DNA of 64,000 nt from the NCBI RefSeq assembly GCF_009914755.1, contig NC_060944.1; one strand, given 5' to 3'. The first letter of the stretch is position 1, and the number at the start of each line of letters is the position of its first letter. Under the pieces are notes generated by a model. That model was not told the DNA's origin, searched no databases, and worked only from the letters and a program-made list of their open reading frames with translations. This stretch comes from the human T2T-CHM13v2.0 reference genome, Homo sapiens. Positions 57,080 through 64,000 of the stretch are shown one piece after another. The position numbers and the translations under genes were made by a program.

Positions 57080-58090
57080 CTCTAGAGTGGTGCCGCCCAG
57101 TGAAAATATAATACAAGAGTAAATGTTGCCATAGATATAATTTTACATTTTCTAGTAGGCACATGGAAAAAGTTTAAAAGTGAGATTAATCTTTTTTTTT
57201 TTTTAAGTTCTGGGATACGTGTGCAGAACATGCAGGTTTGTTACATAGATATACATGTGCCACGGTGGTTTGCTGCACCTATCAATCCATCACCTAGGTT
57301 TTAAGCCCCACATGCATTAGGTATTTGTCCTAATGCTTTCCCTTCTCTTACCCCCCACCCCCTGACAGGCCCCAGTATGTAATGTTCCCCTCTGTGTCCA
57401 TGTGTTCTCATTGTTTGGCTCTCGCTTATGAGTGAGAACGTGTGGTGTTTGGTTTTCTGTTCCTGTGTTAGTTTGCTGAGAATAATGGCTTCCAGCTTCA
57501 TCCATGTCCCTGCAAAGACATTAACTCATTCTTTTGTAGAGCTGCATAGTATTCCATGGTGTATGTGTGTCACATTTTCTTTATCCGGGCTATCATTGAT
57601 GGACATTTGGGTAGATTCCAAGTCTTTCCTATTGTAAGTCCATTCAGGACATAGGCATCGGCAAGACTTTATGACTAAAACACCAAAAGCAATTGCAACA
57701 AAAGCCAAAATTGACAAATGGGATCTAATTAAACTGAAGAACTTCTGCACAGTAAAAGAAACTATTATCAGAGTGAACAGGCAGTCTACAGAATGGGAGA
57801 AAATTTTTGCAATCTACCCATCTGACAAAAGTCTAATATCCAGAATCTACAAGAACCTTAAACAAACTTACCAGAAAAAAAACCATTAAAAAGTGGGCAA
57901 AGGATATGAACAGACACTTCCAAAAGAAGACATTTATGCGACCAACAAACAGATTAGATTAATCTTAATAATACATTTTATTTAATCCAACATATCAAAA
58001 ATATTTCAATGTGCAATCAATATAAACTTTATGATTGAGATACTTTACTTCTTTTTGTACTAAGTCTTTGAAATCTAGTATGTTGTAAAC
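57080..58090. mobile_element. MER33-like hAT relic split by L1
   Basis: ttttctagtaggcacatggaaaa...; resumes tttatttaatccaacatatcaaaaatatttcaat...tactaagtctttgaaatct. Confidence 0.75.
57194..57955 (-). mobile_element. L1PA, 5'-truncated with 5' inversion
   Basis: Poly(T) and antisense 3' end to ~57635, then a sense ORF2 piece ([21 protein letters not shown]) to ~57950; TSD agattaatctt. Confidence 0.93.
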
Positions 58091-58410
58091 TTAATTAAAT
58101 AGTATCTGAGACAGGTCTCAATCAACTTAGAAGTTTGTTTTGCCAAGGTTAAGGACACACTTGGAAGAAACACAAAATCACAGAAACAGTCTGTGGTCTG
58201 TGCCTTTCTCCAAAGACGATTTTGAGGACTTTAATATATAAAGGGGACAAGGAGGCTGGAGGGGAAGGAGGGAGGGTAATGTCACATAACTGAATCCACG
58301 TGTTGTAGGAGAAAGGGGGCAAGTAGGGGAATAGTTATATATTCCACTGGCACTCACTGTAAGATAAGGTGAGAGTAGCTACCTGGAGGACTTAGAACAA
58401 AGGAGGGAAG
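58085..58410 (-). mobile_element. ERV1 LTR fragment (MER4 group)
   Basis: tgagacaggtctcaatcaacttagaagtttgttttgccaaggttaaggac. Confidence 0.7.
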
Positions 58411-60423
58411 CACCGTGGTCAGCTTACATTCTGAAATGACGATTCTGCTGTGGGAGAATAGACTGTTGGGGATGGAGGGAGGGCAAGGTGAAAGCGGGGA
58501 GGCAGGTGAGAAATGATAGGAGTTCACTAAGCAAAGAGGGGAGAATGCTTTAGGCTGAGGCATCAGCACGTGTGAGGGTAAAAGAGCTGGAAGGAGCTGG
58601 ACATATTCACAGAACTGGGAACAGGTGTCTGAGGAGGGGAGGGTAAAGGGAGGTGGCCTATGAGATGCAGTCAGAGGGGTGGGCAGGGGCTACTGCTAAG
58701 ACCTCGTGGGCCACAGGAGGAGTGAGGCCTCCATGCTGGGAGTTGTGAGGGCCAGTGGAGGTTTAGCCAGCTGATTGGAGGGACTCCAAACTAAACTGCT
58801 GGCCCCTCTCTCCCACGTGGCCCATTTTCCCAGACCCTGGGTGCTGTGGATTGGCTCCTATGGGTGCAGATTTCAGGTGGAAGCCCCCTGGCAAGGAGGG
58901 GCCGTGAGGGCAGCAGATCCCATCCCCAGTCTGTCAGGCTGATAGAAAGTTTGACTTCGGGCGACTTTCTTGCCTCCTCAATATATGAATAATTCTCAGG
59001 TAAGGAATGATTGCAAACTAATTTTATTATTATTATTATTATTTTTACCACAGAGAGCCTACCGCACCTCATTTTGCTTGTTTTCTTATTCTTCCCTTCA
59101 CAGTGCTGCTGAACTTTTATGTTGTGCTTGAATCATGATTCAGCTCTTAACCATGCTTCTAAAATCCTATTCCCAGCCTAGTACAGGCAGACCCAAACCA
59201 ACACATTACTTCTAAGTCTAATTTAGCCTGTTGGTGGTGCGGCATTTGTGCTGCTGTCTGAAGCCAGGATGCTTTGCTCTTGTTTGAGGTTGTTTGCATA
59301 CAGAATTGTTCATGTGTTTGATAGCCCAGAGAATGCACAGAGCTCTAGTGATCCCTGCCAATGCTTTCTGGCAGGACCCATCTCTCTTGGGCTATATGGG
59401 GCCCTTGGGGGAGGCAGCAAGGCCAGGCTGAGTGAGGCCTTGCAGGCCCTGGTAAGGAGCTGGACTTTATTTAAGTATGCTGGGAAAGTCACTGGAGGGC
59501 TCTGAGCAGAGGAGGGACATGACCTGACCCTGCAATTTGCAGGGTCACTCTGGCTGTACGAAGGTGAGGACAGGAGGACTGGGGAAGAGGAAGGCTCCTG
59601 CAAGAGTCCGGGGGAGAAGTTGGGGGCCTGAGCCAGGAGGGCAGTCTGGGGGCTTCCCTTTCATTCCCTTCCCATTGTCTTCTCCTGGAGGTGGAGGAGG
59701 ACCTGAGCCCATCCTGTTGCAATGTTAGGATCTTCTGGAGGAGCTGGGGGAGCTCGGAGATCCACCTACTAAGGGCTTTCTGGAACATGCATAATAAAGA
59801 GGAGGGAGCTGCCTGCTCAGAAGTTGGGGGAGTCTTTTGGAAGAAGGTTCTTTTCTACTATTCTGTGAATTGTGGAGAGCGTTATATTATCTCAATAGGA
59901 AAAAGAAAAAAAAGTCTAAGGATTATGCCAGTCCTCTAAAGAGGAGTCTGTTAGGCTAGAGAAGTGGAAGAATGTTCCAGAACTCTTTGAGCTCCCAAGT
60001 TTGAGTCCTGCTGCTGCCTGAAGTCACCATGAGAGCCCTTGGGGCCAAGCATTGCTTCATCCTGCTTCCTCTCTCCACCCCCTGCCAGGGTTTTCAGTGC
60101 AGACACTGTGGGGCCTGTGGCTGCCTTTTCTACGTTCCTCCAGCCACGATGAGGAAGGTGGCTGCAGCAGACGGGCAGGGGCGAGTTGGGCAGCAGAGGG
60201 GAAGATGGCCTGGGAGTCTTTAAAACTGCCCAAAGGTGGGGCATGTCCAAGCATCTCGATGGGGGGAAATAGGCACTTGAAAGCTGGAAACTTTTGTGGT
60301 CCGGATTCTGAGAGGGGAAAAAAATCAACAAAACCCAGCCGTCCCCAAACTCCTAACAATGTTCTCTGGTGCAGGAGTGATTCCCAGTAGGCAGGGTCCG
60401 AGCCGCCCTCCCTGTGAGCATGG

Positions 60424-61311
60424 TGTCAGAGCCTCAGGTTGCTTTGGAAATGGATTTGTTTTTTAAACCGAAGCTGAGCTTTATTAGAAGAGAAAACTAG
60501 GTCCTGTGTACTGGGGAAGGGAGTTTTACAGGCAGCACCGAGCCGGGCCACCTTCCCTTTGACTTGCTGGGAACGCCAGGGCAGGAAGCAGCAGCTGTCT
60601 GGGAGACTGGCAAGAAGTCCGGACTCTGGGGATCCTGACTCCAAACTCCAGCCCCATCGTTCCCGGACCAAACTGAGGGCTGGGCTGCAATTTCTCACCG
60701 CCCAAAAACGAGATGCAGATGAACTGGGGAGGAAGAGAGTTTTTATTTCTGTAACCGGTTAAAGGGAGAAGGCCTGGAAATGATCCCCAGAACAATTCAA
60801 AATGATAAAGTTTGCCAGAGCTTATATACCTTCTAAGTTATATGTCTACGTGTAAGTGTGCGTTCGTCTAAAGACATAAGTGATTAACTTCTTTTAATCT
60901 ACAATGAAGGCCCGAGTCCCGAAGACCTTCCTCTGGAGCCTCAGTAAATTTACTTAATTTCAATGCGTCCAGGTGCTGGGGTGATTACCCTTATCTTGTC
61001 CCCTGCTAGAACATGGAGGTTTGGGGAGTTCCTTCAGAGCCCCAGTCAACTTGTTTGTGAAGGCCTGGGAAGTTTCTTCAGACCCCCAATAAAACTTGTT
61101 TAATCCTAAACGGGTCCTGTTAAGAATTCCTTCATTATTTTGCCATGCTTTAAGGCCCAGGAAGAGCCTAGGCAAAACTCTGGGTGGGGCTTTGTTACAT
61201 TCCAGCCTTTGTATGAGGGCATTGGCTCTCTCAGCTTTTAATATTTCACTTCAGCACTCAGCACTGAAACAGTTGTTACGGAGGCCTGCGTTAGTGAGAC
61301 CTGGCCTGCCA
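60424..61311 (-). mobile_element. ERV1 solo LTR (MER49-like)
   Basis: Minus strand starts tggcaggccaggtctcactaacgcaggcctcc; family name from memory, left boundary approximate. Confidence 0.7.
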
Positions 61312-61404
61312 TTCCATGACTGACTTACTGGGCAAGTGAGCTCAGGCAAGTTAGGAAGCCTTGCTGAGAGTAATGATTCTCTCTAGCCAGACAGTTATGA
61401 GTGG

Positions 61405-61550
61405 TAAAGAATCTGCAACGGATTCAGCAACTAAAGCACAGAGAGGGCAAGTCACCTGTCCACAGTCACACAGCAGGAATGCGGCATAGCTGGGAATTGA
61501 ACCCAGGCAGTCTGACCCCAGAACCCACACACTTAACTGCTATTCTCTAA
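61405..61550 (-). mobile_element. MIR
   Basis: gtcacacagc...gaacccaggcagtctgacccca. Confidence 0.85.
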
Positions 61551-61959
61551 GGAGGAGCTTGTAAAAGCTTGGCCACCTTAGGTGGCCTGTGTCAGTCATC
61601 TGCTGGCTTGCGGATCTGTTTCTAGTCTCCCAATCACTGTGCTGCAATCACTAATGGGCTGTGGGGCCCAGAGGCAGGCATGCCCCTGGATAAACCTCGG
61701 TATCTTTATCTCCAAAACCCATCTTCCATAGACATCATTGAGCACCCAGCCAAACAGCGCAGAGGAAGGGACCCCTGGGTGAGACAGTCAGAAACATCAG
61801 GACAGGAAGCAGCAGCCGCAGCAGGTCTGTAAATGCCAGTCCTGTGTTCACTTGTCACAAGTCTTGTAACTATGCAGGATTTCCAACAATAATTCCTTCT
61901 GGTGGGGATCTCTGAGAAACATCAACCAATCGTACCCCTCTTCTCCACTCAGTTCGAGA

Positions 61960-62210
61960 CCTGTTTTGTCCGATGTAGGAGTCATGTGCCACATGTGGCT
62001 ATTTAAAAGTACATTTTAACAAATTAAAAGGAAACCAATTTTAAAATGCAGTTCCTCTATCTCAGTAGCCACATTTCAAGTACCCACTGAGCCCATGAGG
62101 CTACCAGCCACCTGAGGCTACCAGGTGCCCGAGGCTACCAGCTGCCGTGCTGGGCAGCACAGACACAACGCTTCCTCATCACAGAATGTTTTATTGGGCA
62201 GCGCTTGTCT
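61960..62210. mobile_element. MER3-like hAT relic with an internal 3 x 17-bp repeat
   Basis: ccacatgtggctattt...agtagccacatttcaagt...atcacagaatgttttattgg. Confidence 0.8.
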
Positions 62211-62264
62211 AAACAGATTAAAAATCAAGAATAAGAGTAACAGATGGAAACCAAAATACTGCAC

Positions 62265-62520
62265 CAGCTAATGCATACAGAGTATTTATTTAATATATGG
62301 CCAGGCATTACTCTAAGTGTTTTATATGTGTTAATACATTTAGTTCTCATAACAACCCTGACAGGCAGTTACCATTTTTATCTCATTGGATGGATAGAGA
62401 AGTTGAGTCACAAAGAGGTTACATGAACTTGCTGAGGCCACGCAGCGGGTACATGGCCAGCCTGAATTTTAACCCTGTGGCTCTGGAAACAGCACGCGAA
62501 ACCTCCGCACTCTACTACCT
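62265..62520 (-). mobile_element. MIR
   Basis: ccaggcattactctaagtgttttatatg...ctcataacaaccct. Confidence 0.85.
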
Positions 62521-63329
62521 CTGACTTCTTACAAATAAATGCTCAGTTGGAAGTTGTAGCCCAGATGAGGGTCAATGTGACTTCCTAAAACCATACCCTA
62601 GAGTTGGACAGAATTAAACACTTGGTGAAGTTGGTCCTGGTCTGGGGTTGGCCCCCAGCCTCCCTGTCGTGTGCTGGCCCTGGAGTGGCCCCCGTGAGGA
62701 CGAGGGACGCTGCACACAGGAGTAGGGGACTCGTGGCTTCCTGTGGGCAGGCTGACCCACCGCAGGGTAAAAGCAATGTGTGAGCCAACCACACCCACTT
62801 TGGTTTTCTAAAACTTGCAGCCAGATATTCCTCTCCCTGGGGTGGGATGGAAAGCATCGGACAGAGGGCAGGAGTCTCATCCTCTCTGAGTCCCCTTCAT
62901 CTGGAAGGAAATATCAGAAATGGGGAAGAACGGTTTCTCCCGAAAGCTTTGAAAAGAACAAATGAAAAATATAAAGAAAATGTTTTGTGCCTTTGAAAGT
63001 AGACGCCCAATGCATGAATCTTCCTAAACTCTTCAGCTGTCATAGATATGGTTATGAGCAACAGAAACCCAATTAACTTCTCTCAAATGAAAACGAAATT
63101 GATTGTAAGGATACAGGGAAATCCTATAGAACCCAGTGCATGGAGGTAGCATTGCCCTCTTGGAAAGTTGTCAGACAGTGTCTGTCTGCAATCTGCGGTC
63201 TGAGTAATGGCCTCTTCAGAAAGTCTCCTAGCTCCTCCTCCCCCAAACTTCAGGCTCCATGTGAAAATGACCCTAACTCCCACCTCTAGGTTCTCAGCCC
63301 AAAACTCTCTCCCTTGCTCTCATGTTCTG

Positions 63330-63999
<670 letters not shown>

Positions 64000-64000
64000 T

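Noticed and set aside
57671-57889. L1 ORF2-like CDS
   Set aside because: A 72-aa piece of a truncated, inverted L1.

Overview
Primate (most likely human) non-coding genomic DNA, either intergenic or inside a large intron. I cannot name the locus. I find no credible protein-coding exon, tRNA, rRNA or CRISPR array. The recognisable ORFs are Alu, L1, CR1, ERV or microsatellite translations. The window is dominated by interspersed repeats: 22 Alu copies or fragments (many with visible target-site duplications, TSDs), numerous MIR and L2 remnants, old and primate L1 pieces, a CR1/L3 remnant, MaLR/ERV1/ERVL LTRs and several DNA-transposon relics. Between these lie a few repeat-poor islands with regulatory-looking motifs; the best is a CpG-enriched island at ~42.8-43.5 kb with a strong CTCF motif. 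The most unusual structures are: (i) a TSD-bounded MST-type MaLR whose interior is replaced by an antisense ERV-L integrase-end/dUTPase fragment; (ii) an Alu carrying a cluster of locally templated inverted insertions; (iii) a 5'-inverted (twin-primed) L1; (iv) a three-level L1>Alu>THE1 nest resolved by its TSD; (v) an 81-bp tandem duplication in unique sequence. Repeat subfamily names come from my recall of consensus sequences, not from a search, and boundaries of old repeats are approximate. I see no evidence for a new functional biological system; the findings are mostly genome-evolution events and regulatory candidates.
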